64,000 bases of DNA, taken from Adineta vaga. Taxonomy: Eukaryota; Animalia; Rotifera. The stretch is taken from contig CP075492.1 in the NCBI GenBank assembly GCA_021613535.1, positions 11,966,001 to 12,030,000 of the forward strand, read 5' to 3'. The position numbers were made by a program, and so were the translations under genes. The notes under the pieces are model-generated. The model was not told where the DNA came from and searched no databases. It saw only the letters and a program-made list of their open reading frames with translations. The stretch's first letter is position 1. Every line of letters starts with the position of its first letter. This document shows positions 14,050 to 26,391 of the stretch, one piece after another.

Positions 14050-15395
14050 ATGGAATACTTCTATTCATTCCTTCTCTTTATTTCATGTTTTTCTTCGATA
14101 AATATGCAAAGTTTTACACGTGAGTTCAATCAAGTATTCACTACTCAATTTCTAATGATGTCTATTGTCTTTTTTTTTAGAGGAAAGTCCATACATGTTA
14201 ATTCGATTAATGGATCTTAAAGCACATGAAGTATGTGTTTTGATGAGAAGGAAAAAAACATGCATTAAAAGTCTTATTTCATTATTCTAGTGGAAACCTG
14301 GTATGCTAGATCGATTTGAGAAAGTTCTCGATGCTGAATTGAAATATAGTGATGAGAAAAAAGGAGTAGAATGTAAATCAATGTGAGTTGAATTATCGAA
14401 ATATTTCTATGAACGACACAAATTTCGTTTTATTAGTGATTTTGAACAAGAAGCGGGTTTTCCAAAACAAGAGGCACGTTTTCTTGATTTAAGTATTCGT
14501 GGTTTATGTACTGATATCTATGGTAAAGTTCATGACATTGATAAAACATTAATGACTGGTAAAAATAAAACTATAATACAATTTTAAGTTGTAATCTATT
14601 TGTTCATTTCTAGTTGCTATTGAACGACATATTGATGATGTTAATGTTGCTACGACTGCAACTATTTATAGTATAGGTAATGTTCAATTATTCAAACGAA
14701 ATCGAAACAAATTAAATTTCATTATCATACCAATTGCGGTGGGATTGACAATATTTCTCTTCGTTCTAACCTTTGTTTTACGTCAATTAAGGTTTGTTAG
14801 AATTTCTTTAATTTTTGATCATGAAAAATTCTTCATATTTAGAAATAAACAAAAAAAACGTCATATTCTTTCAGAATTACAAAAAAAGAGAGATGCAGGT
14901 AATAAAAAAGCTCAGACTATTGCTAATGTTGATCCACATGCAAATGAAAAACAACGTTTATTACAACTTGATCCAACTGTTGTTGGTAGTGCATCGGATA
15001 CTTTAGGTAGTCCAAAAGATTTCACAAATGAACAATATACTACTCAAGGTCGAAATACTCGAGATTATGAAAGTAGTTCACCATCACGAGATAATCGACA
15101 AGGATATAATGATCAATCATTTCAAAATCAACGTTCACTTCGATCAAGTCGAGAACGAATGCAACCACCTTATGACAACGAACATTCAGATATAATTCCT
15201 ATGCGAGAACAACAACCACGAACAGTTATACGAACAATTCGTGATGATGGAAATCATTCATCGTATCATCCACAAGAAGATACATCCGTTAATTTTGTAC
15301 CTATTCCTGTGCAAGTAGAACGAAGTGGTCCTCATCAAAGATATGTACCACCACCTTACCATTCGGATCCTTATTATCGACATACGAATTCTTAA
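14050..15395 (+). CDS. Uncharacterised type I single-pass membrane protein (multi-exon)
   Basis: ATG at 14050 with a signal-like N-terminus (MEYFYSFLLFISCFSSI), several short GT-AG exons, a TM helix FIIIPIAVGLTIFLFVLTFVL, a basic stop-transfer segment and a low-complexity tail containing PPPY. Confidence 0.7.
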
Positions 15396-16279
15396 ATAGG
15401 AACATTTCGTTTGGAATTTTTTAAAACAATCGTCTCTCTTTTTTTCAGGCTTGTTTCTTTCTTTTCTTTTCTTGTATGTATGATAACTAATACGCCTTAT
15501 GCTTCTTTAGTAGAATTTTTCAATGAAAAAAAACAAAAAAAAATTTGATAACTAATCACTTTTTTCTAACGTTCCTTTATTTTATAATTAAACGAACAAG
15601 TATCTGTCTTATGTCACCGTTCTATAATTGAAAACTAACCAAGTCGGTTAGACATCATCAACTTACGTAGTTTTCGTCTTTCGATTAACAACCATCTGCA
15701 TATTAATTGAGAAGAATGACATTTGAAGAAAAAAACAATATACGGTAGACATTTACTACAAAATTTGGATACATACTAAGAGAAGTTTATTTCTATTCAA
15801 AAATAGTAGGAGAACAAACTAGTTGTTTTTCTAATTGATATTTATGCAGATGTAGGTACAAATTAGATGCGTTATTTGTGAATTAAATATTAATAGTGAT
15901 ACGTGATGTTTAATATTTACTAAACAATACTGAAAACAAGTTGAATGTGTTGATTTTAACTTATTAATATTTATTCTAAACCAAGACAGAATAATTAGTA
16001 TAGGGGCATATGTAAAAAAACGAATTCTGACTAGTGGACCTTCTTTTACTGCTTATCGGACAATGTTCTATGATATGTCGTGAATGACTATGTGCAATCT
16101 TCAATGATTGCGTTATGGTTCACAGCTTACGAACGTATACACAATCAATCGCGTGTACTTTCTTCTGTTTATCTACTATTAACATAGTTGACAACAGATG
16201 CAAAAACAGAAAACAAAATCTCATAACCTTTTCTTTCAATTCTATCTATCAAAGGAATAAGTAGTTTTATCTTTTAAAA

Positions 16280-17572
16280 TTAGTTTATTCTGTTTGAAAA
16301 ATGAAATCTTTCCATTGCATTCCACATATCTATCGTATCTTGTCGTGCTTCTTTTGTTGAATTTGAAGAATAATCTAACGTATCAACATTCCACATGCCG
16401 ATTCCTAATAATTGACGGTTATTTGCAAGATCATATTTAATTACGAGTGTTTCAGGATCATCCATCCATATTTGATGCGTTTGTCCATCATTTTGATTGA
16501 TATAATTGAAAAAAATTCCACCAGTACGATTATCAATCATTCGACTAGTTGTTGCATTCACTCGTAATAATTGTCGACAGTATTGATAATCATGCTGAAC
16601 ACCAGCAGCATCCGAACAAGGCGAACCACGAAAAGGTACATGTTCAATTGTCTAGAATAAGGAAATTAAGACTAACTTAAAAGAAACTAGGTAAGATTAT
16701 TTACACATGTCTGATTGACATCAAGTGATAAACATTTATAATCATAGCAATACCAAGGTACTATAGAAAGACAACATTATCTGAAACTTATGAATAGATT
16801 TTAAAAAAAAACGAAGATTTTACCACCAAGAACAAGTTTTGATGGTGAAATTTGAAACAGTTGTGTGTAATTATTTAAACCTGCAGCTACACGAGTAATC
16901 GGTGAATTTGCAGATGCAATACAATCATTTAAATCAAAGATTTGTGATCGTAAATCATACGCCATAACAAATAGAAAATCACTAACATTTGCTAAACTTT
17001 GATAATCATAACAACGTCCATCGATACATGGCGCTGACCAAGCAACATCAACACTAACCTACAATAAACTGTACAGAGTATGAAAAACTTTACTAACATC
17101 ATACCATTGAACCAGGTACTTCAATATGAATAAGACGAGTCAGTTCTTGTACGAGTTGTGTGTATTGAAATGCAGTAATACTTCCATCGATGATTTCATC
17201 TTCCATATCAAAATTAATTCCATCTGTAAATGAATTTTTAACTTTATTTATTTGTAAACGAATCCATTCATTTCGAACGGTTATATTTCCTAATTGTTTC
17301 ACATCATAGTTAGCAAGCCATACAAGACGAACCTGTCGTGAATGTGCTAAACAAACAAGTTGAGGATCGAAATCTTGTGTACAAATAACAATTGTTGTTA
17401 ATTGATTATAATCATATTGTCGCCAATTATTATTTGATACCATAAATGCCACTTTTTCATGACGAGAACCAGTTTGTATTGGTCTACAAAGTGACTCATC
17501 CGGACATGGACATTCACTTGCTACAGATATTATAGTTATGATACAAACGAGTAAACTTAAAGAGTTAAACAT
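16280..17572 (-). CDS. CTBS: Di-N-acetylchitobiase (GH18)
   Basis: Signal peptide, CPCPDESLCRPI, LVCLAHSRQVR, GH18 catalytic DGINFDME, VDVAWSAPCIDGRCYDY, LFVMAYD, VPFRGSPCSDAAG, HQIWMDDPETL, GIGMWN. Confidence 0.92.
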
Positions 17573-18050
17573 CTTTCATCTAAAAATAAAGATCTGTATT
17601 CACATAAACACACATACAGATCTCTCGATAAGATAACGAACTCTTCATTGTAAATGAATTTCTATCAAGTCATTCTTTTCTTTTAAAAATTCTAAAAATT
17701 TCATCTGCTTTAAGTTCGCTATTTATATTGAATGGTTTCATTAGAAAAATGATATCGTTATCGATTATTCCATAATTATTAAACAAATTGTTATTTGTTA
17801 GTTCAATCTTTATTTTTCCATCGACATATCTTGTTTTCTCTTTCCTATATGACAATCAAAACTAGAACAGACATACATGCGCAAAGTTATATTCTGCAAA
17901 CAAACAAACAAACAAAGAAAGAAGAAAAAAATGATAAATGTCGTCACATCACTCATAAACACAAAAGAAAAAGAAAATCAGTCAATGTTTGATCTACAAG
18001 ATCAAACAACTAGACAACAATAATAATATACATAGAAGAAAACAAAACAA

Positions 18051-21000
18051 TCATCCACTTTTCGCCGGGGTTACATATCTGGTTGTTGACGATTTTTCAA
18101 ATGGAAGTGACGAAGATGTATCCATAACTGACTCATCATATTGTTCACCTTCATCACTTTGTTTTTCCTCTAGAAATAAAAAACAAGCATTATTGAGCAT
18201 ATACACAAATCTTTTATTCACTTACGGTTTTCATCTTCATCATAATATGTTGCTTTAATTCCATCAACAATATTCAAATGATCACGTTGTAAATGATCTT
18301 TCATTGATGCCACATGTAGAATACATTTTCGACAATGTTTAAACTTTGATTGTATAGTTCTACCTTGATCTACTTTATTGAAATGAAGTAATAAATGTTT
18401 ATAAGCTAATGTTCCATTGATCATTGTCGACGAATTATTCATTAAAGGTAATTCAATTGCAACAAAACAAAATGGACAGAAAAAATAGCGTGTACTTTTA
18501 TGAACTTCATCAATATGATAGATCATATCAGCATGAATTGATGTACGAAATGAACAAACTTCGCAGAAATATGGCATTTCTAAACCACAATGACAAAGAT
18601 TTAGATGTGCTATTAATTCTAGTAATGATGTATGTCGTTGTTCACATATTCGACATGGATATTCATTCATTTCAAGCATATGTTTATCATCAATATGCAT
18701 AGCAAGAAAGTAAGGATTAGAAAATTCCGATTGACAATGTGAACATTTCGTATTGATTTGTTCAAATGGTGAATTCGATTGAAGTTTACGTTCATTATTG
18801 TTATTATTATTATTGCTTTGTTGATCGAAATGTTGACATAAATGAGTTATCAATTGAATATTATTATCAAATATTGAATTTTCACAGACAGGACACTGAA
18901 AAAAGAATGTCTTGAAAGTATCAAAGACATTTTGAAATCTTACTTCGCTTCGAAAATCTCCATAATCGGATAAAGGTAAATTTCGACCGGGTTTTTGACC
19001 ATAATATTTCGACAAAGCTCGTTTATATGTTTGTTCTAAAGAGATAGATTGAAAAGAATGGTTTCTTTTATAGATTTCCAGAGTAAATAATTACCGAGTT
19101 CAACTTCCAAACCTTCTTCTAGAAAAAGAAAAGTAAAAAACTAGTGTAATTCACAGAAATGAGAGTCAATTATTGATGTACCTCTCGTACGAACTGTGCC
19201 TGGTTTAAGACGAGGTAATGGTTGATCACGTGGATATTGTGTTGAAGCATTTGGAGCAAAAGCTGGTTGTAGAAAAGGAATTGTCGCTTTTCGTGTTGGT
19301 TCTGGTTTAACAAATTGTGTTTGATAAAATTGACTACGGGGAGGTCGTTGTTGACTATTCGTGTTATTATTAGTATTATTATTATTATTATGTTGTTGTT
19401 GTTGTTGTTGCTGAAACGGAATTGGTTGACGAATATTTCGATATGTATTTCCACTATTACTACGTTGAAAAGCTGAAGAATAATTATTCGTTGTTGAATT
19501 CGGTCGTTTTGACCAAGGTAATCGATCATCTTGTTGACGATTTATCCAATCACGATCACGTACAGTATCATCTTGATCAATTTCATCTACATTCCATTCA
19601 TCATCTTCTACATCATCAGGATCATCATTGACATATGTTGAACGACGCGTAGATGGAGCCGATGATGTTGGTGTAGTTGGTGGATATCGAGGATGTATAC
19701 GAGGACGGCCAACAGGATTACGTGGTTTCGGAGTAACAGCATTATTTGTATCAGTTCGATCAAGAGCCTATAGTAAACAAAGAATTTTTCCTATCAATTT
19801 ATTCAATATGGAAAATAAGATTCCGAATTAGTAGATAGACGAAACTGATTGACGTCTCTTTCTTCTCAATTATCTGAATATTGAATATTAAATTTACCTT
19901 AACAGGACAATGTGCTAACTGTACATCGGATAATTGTTCATCGGAACAATTCATATTTAAATCCATATCAATTATTTGTTTTGAATCATTCATCATCTGT
20001 TTCATAGTATCATCAAAATTTTCATTTGTTGGTGATGATAAAACTATTGTATTCGATTGTTCTTGTTGTTGATGTTGTTGTCGTTGTTGATAAGTATTAC
20101 TATTACGATAAGCTAATGGTGTTGATCGTTGTTTCATATTATTATTATTTGTATTAGTCATAATCGATTGTTTTACACGATTATTCGTCATATCTGATCG
20201 AAAACGTTTTGATGGTGATGAATTTTGTTTGTCCATTAATGAACGTGAATGTGTTGTAAATAAAGATGGTACGGCATCAGGTCGAAGTACAGCTGGTCCT
20301 TCGAAATCATTAGGTGCAAAATGTTCTCGACAAACTTTAAATGTTGATGTTGAAGGTGAAATTGAAAGATGTTCGAAACCACAGGCATCTAACCATTTAC
20401 GTGCAACAGTTGGATCACGTGGAATTTTATATAATTGTACACGATGACGACGAGCAACATAATTATGAATACAACCATCGACATGACAACGATTGGATGC
20501 TTTATTTTCAAACTAAAACAAAATAAAATGACGTATGATAAAAGTGTGATTCTTTTTTTTTATTACATTTTCATGATGATTTAATGGTGTTTTATTTACT
20601 ATAAATGATGTTTGCGATTTTTCTGTTGATTCTTGTTGAGATACATTTGATGATGAAGCTGTCGGTGCTAAACGTGTTTTCACATGACCACTTTCTAATT
20701 TTAATATTGGTTCCAACGTTCTTCCATCAATTTCTGGATTACTTGTATGAAAAGTAATATTCGTTTTCTTATTTGTTTTATTTGTTTCTTGTAATTTATC
20801 TTGATAAGCAATCATTTTATAGAAGACTTCTAAATCAAATAATGTTGGTAAAGATTTTGGTTTAAGAACTTTGGTCGAATCTCCAACAAAATCAAAACAA
20901 GATTCTTCAAAATGTTGTTCACAAACACGATGTGTATGGGATGGACGTAAATCTGTTCGCATCGTATTTTTATACCATGCTGCAGCAATATTTGATATAT

Positions 21001-21163
21001 GCACAGGTACAGCAAAATATTGGATGGAAGAATTTGATTGAAGACCATTTGGACAGCCTTGTACGATACATATTGGTTCATGTTGATTTGAATATGACCT
21101 GAAGTGAAATGAAAATTGAATTTTTATATTTTCTTTTGTATGTCGACCATATTTGACTTACAT
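18051..21163 (-). CDS. Nuclear protein with two THAP domains, an AT-hook and a POGZ/ZNF280-type C2H2 zinc-finger cluster
   Basis: THAP1 CIVQGC..YFAVP..W..RVCEQHF..LPTLF; THAP2 (about 20250-20490) CHVDGC..LYKIP..W..KVCREHF..DAVPSLF; AT-hook PVGRPR; SDYGDF..FQCPVC..NNIQLITHLCQH, CRICEQ, EMPYFCEVCSFRTS, CPFC. Confidence 0.8.
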
Positions 21164-21819
21164 CTCACCTCGTTGTTGTTACTTGAATACAACAACGAAT
21201 AGTAAATTAGAACTAATGAGTGGACACTGGCGTGCTCAGTCGAAACAAAATATCTAAGAATTAGAAGAAATTGGATAGCGACACCAGTGGAGAGGCAATC
21301 AAACTATGAAGAATAATGGAAGAGAATGATGAGAGTTATGGGCGAATCGAACAAATGAAAGAGAGAAAGAAAAACGAGTTACAACTTTCTTTCTTTTTTT
21401 TTCTTCTTTCGTTCTTTTCTTTTTCTCTCTTTCCCTCTGTCGTTCTCTTCTTGCGTTCTGCTGTTAAAATTAAAAGCAGGAAATGACGACCGAACTGACG
21501 AGTGTCAGGTGAAGAAATGTCACTTTTGTTAGAAGAATTAGATCTATTTCTCATATGTAGACTTATAAAGATTATACAGAACGATTATGAATACCATCTG
21601 TTCTTTTCAGAAACATCCGAGAAAATGTTATTCTTGCTTTCGTAGATAAGTCACATGGACAATGTTTTAAACATTTAATCGTTACTTCTAAATATCTTTT
21701 CTTTATTCATATTTAAAAGAAACGAATTTTCCATTAAGCCTACTACTACGTTCTTATGAATAACTATAACCATTCATAGATGATATATTTATTATCGAAA
21801 AAAAGAAGAATTCTTTGAA

Positions 21820-22864
21820 CTAATTTATTGGACTTTTCTTATCTGCTAATTGAATAGCATCTAACATCATATTCCAGAATTGTTCGACATCTTTCATTTT
21901 CAATGTAACCACACAATTCTTCTCGCGTCGATGCATATCAAAAATATCACACACCGTTCTTCCTTGACAAAATTCACTTCGACGTTCTATATCGACATGC
22001 ATGATCTGTTCTTCAAATAAATCTTTATTCGCTGCATAAGCAACAGCACATGGATCATGTAAAGGTGGTGAATCGAATTGAAAGACTTGCTTATAAGTTG
22101 CACCAAAAAATAGAAGTAAATGATCAAGAATTGATGAATAACGAGATGATAAAGAACGAAGACGTTCACTAATCTGTTGAGTTGCACAAACTGTATGTGT
22201 TAATTCGATTGGTACCATGACAAGACGTGGAACATGTGGTGATGTAAAAACAATATGAGCAGCTTCGGGATCATTCATAATATTGAATTCAGAGCCAGGA
22301 TCCATATTTCCAATACCAATAGAGCCTCCTAAAAGAACAACTTCTGCTAACGAATTTTTAATCTAAATTAATAAAAGAATATTTCAAGTAGAGGAAATTG
22401 GTAGAAAGATATATTACTTGAGGAAAAACTTTCAATAATAATGCAACATTAGTTAATGGTCCAGTAGCGATTAATGTTACTGGTCGACCGACATCCGTAA
22501 TTCTCTTATAAATATTCCATAGGAAATTTTCATCGTGTTTTTCCAATAAACTTTTATATTCAGGATGATCGGGAATATCAGTACCATCTAATCCAGTTTG
22601 TCCATGAATTTCTGGACATATTTGAACATGTCGACAAAGAGATTCTTCACAACCGCGTATAATAGGAATCGTATTTGGTATACCCGATATATACGCAACC
22701 TTATAAGCATTTTGTGTTGTTCGATCAAGTGTTTGATTTCCAATACATGTAGAAATACCGATCAATTCCAATGATGGATGATAAGCAGCTAATATAATAG
22801 CAAATGCATCATCATGTCCTGGATCACAATCAAGCCAAATAGGTTTTCTGCTTATATCAACCAT
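21820..22864 (-). CDS. Inosine/uridine-preferring nucleoside hydrolase (RihA/URH1 type), one intron at about 22361-22417
   Basis: IWLDCDPGHDDA, GNQTLDRTTQNA, EIHGQTGLDG, ATGPLTNVALL, SEFNIMNDPEAA, PPLHDPCAVA, GRTVCD. ATG at 22864. Confidence 0.92.
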
Positions 22865-23465
22865 GACAGAAAAAAAACCAACGAAAATGAATCGCTTGTG
22901 AATATATCTATGTGCGTATGTATGTATAATAGTCTTATCAGTTGAGCTGTGTAAATTAATATGATAAAATTTTTTCACATCGAAACATTCCTATGCATGA
23001 AGATAATCCTATTGTTATGAAAGTAGAATACATCACAAAAGATAACTAATAATCGATTTAGTTCTTAGTTTCAGATATTTTTGTCGTTTGTCCGATTAGG
23101 AAAAGTTCTCCTTTATTTTTATTCATTGAATTTATTCTTTTTACTATAGTAACGAGTATAACAGATCATCGAGTATGTTTGTCCATTTTGTAATGACATC
23201 TTACTGTTCAAACGTAGCAGATCGAGTGCAATTCTCAATAATAAAAGTCTTCAAAACAATTATTTCAATGTTGTCGTCATTATTTTCTTGCTATTTGACT
23301 GCTACACAAGCAGGATGACAAGAAAAAAAGAGAGGGAGAGAAAAGAAACGTTGCCTAGCAAATCTCAAATGTTTTTCACCGTCTGTAACTTATTCTGAAA
23401 AGGACAAAAAAGAAAAGAAAGTTTTCTTCATTTTAATCTATTTCAAACGTTTTTCTTTTCTCGAA

Positions 23466-25077
23466 ATGCCTCGTGCTAATAATCGTATTCGTTCAAATAA
23501 TTTATCCTACGAAATCAATGCACCAAAGAAGGCAATTCATCGTATTCAAGCAGAATCGGATGAAAGCCGATCGAAATTTATAGTCAATACTTTTGTAGAA
23601 TTTTTCGGTGATGGAATTAAAAAAAACCCAGAAGCATTTCGTGGTCGTTTTCGTAAAATGGCTGCAACACCATTCAATTTCTATCGTGGTTCAGCTGTCC
23701 TTTTCTATCAAGATTTAAAAGTTGATAAAGATCCCTATATTGAAAAAAACAATGCAGCCGGACAAATATTTATTCATGTATGTAATAATATTAAAGAAAA
23801 TGATTTTCTTTAGAAAATAAAAGTGATATTTCAGGGTGATTTACATGCACAAAATTTTGGTACCTATTTAAATTGTGATGGTATGCTTAATTTTGATGTC
23901 AACGATTTCGATGAAAGTTATCTCGGTCCATTTACATGGGATGTCAAACGATTACTTGCTTCATTGAATATTTTATGTTATACAAAAGGATTTTCTGATA
24001 ATGAAATAAAAGAAATCTTATATGTCTGTGTTAAATCATATGTGAATCAAGTGAATGAATTTTGTATACAATCAAAAGATCACTTTGCTTTAACATTGAA
24101 GAATACTAGTGGTCAAATCAAAAAATTATTAAATGAAACACGAGTTAAATCACATGTAGATTTATTAAATAGTATGACATGTATTGAAAATTATGATCGA
24201 AGATTTATTCGTACGAAATATGTACAAAATGTTGACAAATCTTTATATAATCAACTCATGACTGCCTTTCAAGGATATCTTGATTCTATACCAGAAAATA
24301 AGAAATATTCTGATCGAGGTTATAATGGTGGAGAATTGACTTATAATATTAAAGATATTGTTCAATGTTCATCACCAGGAATTGGCTCAGCTGGAAAAGT
24401 ATCTTATAATTTTTTAATTGAAGGTCGAACAGAAACATTAGAAAATGATATTGTACTTTATATGAAACCAGCACAAAAATCAGCTGTATCTTATGTCGTA
24501 CATAACGATCAATTAGATAAATATTTTCAACATGATGGTTTACGAACAGTTCTATGTTCATATGCAATGCAAGCATCAACACCACGATGGTTAGGATATA
24601 CAACATTAAATTCCATTCCATGTATGGTTGATTCTATTACTGCACATTCATTAGATCTTGATTGGACAAACATCAATGATTTAAATGATGTATTAGAAGT
24701 TGTACAATTCTTAGGATTAGCAACAGGTAAGATCGTACGATTCAATGTATAAATAACAAACTAGAAATTCTTATTTGTTTCAAAGCAAAAATTCATTGTG
24801 TAGCAGATTCAGATTGTGTCGATACACCAAAGGATATAGCATGTTTACCATTTGCAATTATTCCACGTGAGATCGAAAAAACAATACAAGCTGCTCTACA
24901 AGGACAAGTAGATGAATTTATGAACGATATGGTTGAATTTGGAATGGTAAAATTATCCTCTTTCTTACATCATTTTTCATAAATATTGATTTGATTTAGA
25001 TTTATGGTGAATTAGTTCGACGTGATCATCATTTGTTTTTCGAAGCATTTCGAAATCATCAAATACCTGGCCTATAA
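23466..25077 (+). CDS. DUF2252 family protein (bacterial type, kinase-like motifs), three introns
   Basis: KMAATPFNFYRGSAVLFYQDL, HGDLHAQNFG (after splicing), FDVNDFDESYLGPFTWDVKRLLASL, GIGSAG, LYMKPAQ, GLATAKIH. Introns at about 23778-23835, 24727-24785 and 24947-25000. Stop at 25075-25077. Confidence 0.88.
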
Positions 25078-25277
25078 TTTCGAGAGAAAAGAATAAAAAC
25101 TCGCCCCCTTAGGATTTTGTTGTGAGGAAAAATATTTACAATAAATAAATATCAATCAACCGTATCTTTGCATATGCGCAATATGTCGTCAAAAACTTGA
25201 AGTCATAGTTTAGACGTCATTTATCTGACACATGTAAAGAGGTTTCTTATTTTTTCTTTCAATACGTAAATTATAGG

Positions 25278-25285
25278 TATAAAAG
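25278..25285 (+). promoter_or_regulatory. TATA box of the orphan 75-aa gene
   Basis: TATAAAAG about 100 nt upstream of the ATG at 25382. Confidence 0.45.
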
Positions 25286-25381
25286 GCAAAGTTAGATTTG
25301 CCTAAACACATTATATTCAACTTTTGTCTTATAAAAACAACAAGGTTTCTCTTCTTATCGATTACATTTCGCCTGAAATAT

Positions 25382-25609
25382 ATGGGTCTCAGTACATTAC
25401 TCGACTTTGGTTTCACTGTCTATGAAGCTTATGATGATGGTCTATTCGATGAATTTTTTGATCGAGTTGGCGTTGCTTATCCAGCACTTAATAACTTTGA
25501 TTCTTTACCACTTTTTGATCGTCGTTATCAAGCACTTAACAGCATGGCGTCATCATCACTCTTCGGACGTCGATATCCAATATCATATCCACAATTTCGT
25601 CCCTATTAA
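25382..25609 (+). CDS. Orphan 75-aa protein with an internal 16-aa tandem repeat
   Basis: Single-exon ORF that is GC-richer than its flanks. TATAAAAG at 25278, AATAAA at 25652, and a visible 48-nt duplication. Confidence 0.6.
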   Translation: MGLSTLLDFGFTVYEAYDDGLFDEFFDRVGVAYPALNNFDSLPLFDRRYQALNSMASSSLFGRRYPISYPQFRPY

Positions 25610-25994
25610 CTTTTGTTTTTTGAAATTGATTTGTAAAAATCCTTCTATTCTAATAAAACAATTTTTACTTTTATATTTCGCAATTCTTTTCTCTTGACTT
25701 GATTATTACTCAAAAGAAGGTTTTGTTAGAAACGAGCAATAATGTTCGATGGTTTTCTTTCGTTTCTATTACATATAATCTCATGCTATGCAATCTCTGA
25801 TACAACTATCATTTTTGTTTCATATTTCCAAAAAAAAGAAAGAAACGATGCTATTCTTCTTCTTCTTTTTTTTGCATAAGAGAAAAAGAAAACTAACGTT
25901 TTCCTTTTTTCTCTTTTTCTACTTAGCATCATTTGTATTCATACTCATTTTCAAGAAGAAAAATAAACTAGATAAGTCAACTTCAACTTCAACC

Positions 25995-26391
25995 ATGTTT
26001 TCTTCAAATGAACCTTCAACAAGTAAGTCAATCGATCATGTGAGTGTCACTGTGGTTCGAAAATCCGATGGACATTCAATGACATTTGTTTTGGATGAAA
26101 AAACTCATATTCATAATTTAAAACAAGAATTAAAGCGACGATTAAAACCACGATATGAACAAGGCTGTCGGCTTATCTTTCGTGATAAAGTACTTAAAGG
26201 TAAACATACATTAAAACATTATGGAATTAAGAAAGGAGTTAATGATCAAGCTATATCAAGTATGTTAAATATTATTTTAATCATGTACAAGATTGAAACT
26301 AACTCTCATTTTCTTTTTGTTTATAGTGGATGATACAAAAGATTGTAAAACGTCATCATCATCATCGTCAGATTCCGAACATGAAAAATGA
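25995..26391 (+). CDS. Small ubiquitin-like domain protein, one intron (26260-26326)
   Basis: Beta-grasp signature VTVVRKSDGHSMTFVL..IHNLKQEL..RLIFRDKVLKGKHTLKHYGI. The second exon gives MDDTKDCKTSSSSSSDSEHEK*. Confidence 0.75.

Noticed and set aside
20830-21081. 83-aa ORF as the start of the THAP gene
   Set aside because: It is in the wrong frame. The THAP cysteines are in the frame opened by the split ATG.
18051-21163. Active P-element or pogo transposon
   Set aside because: No DDE catalytic domain, terminal inverted repeats or target-site duplication seen. It is an ordinary intron-containing host gene.
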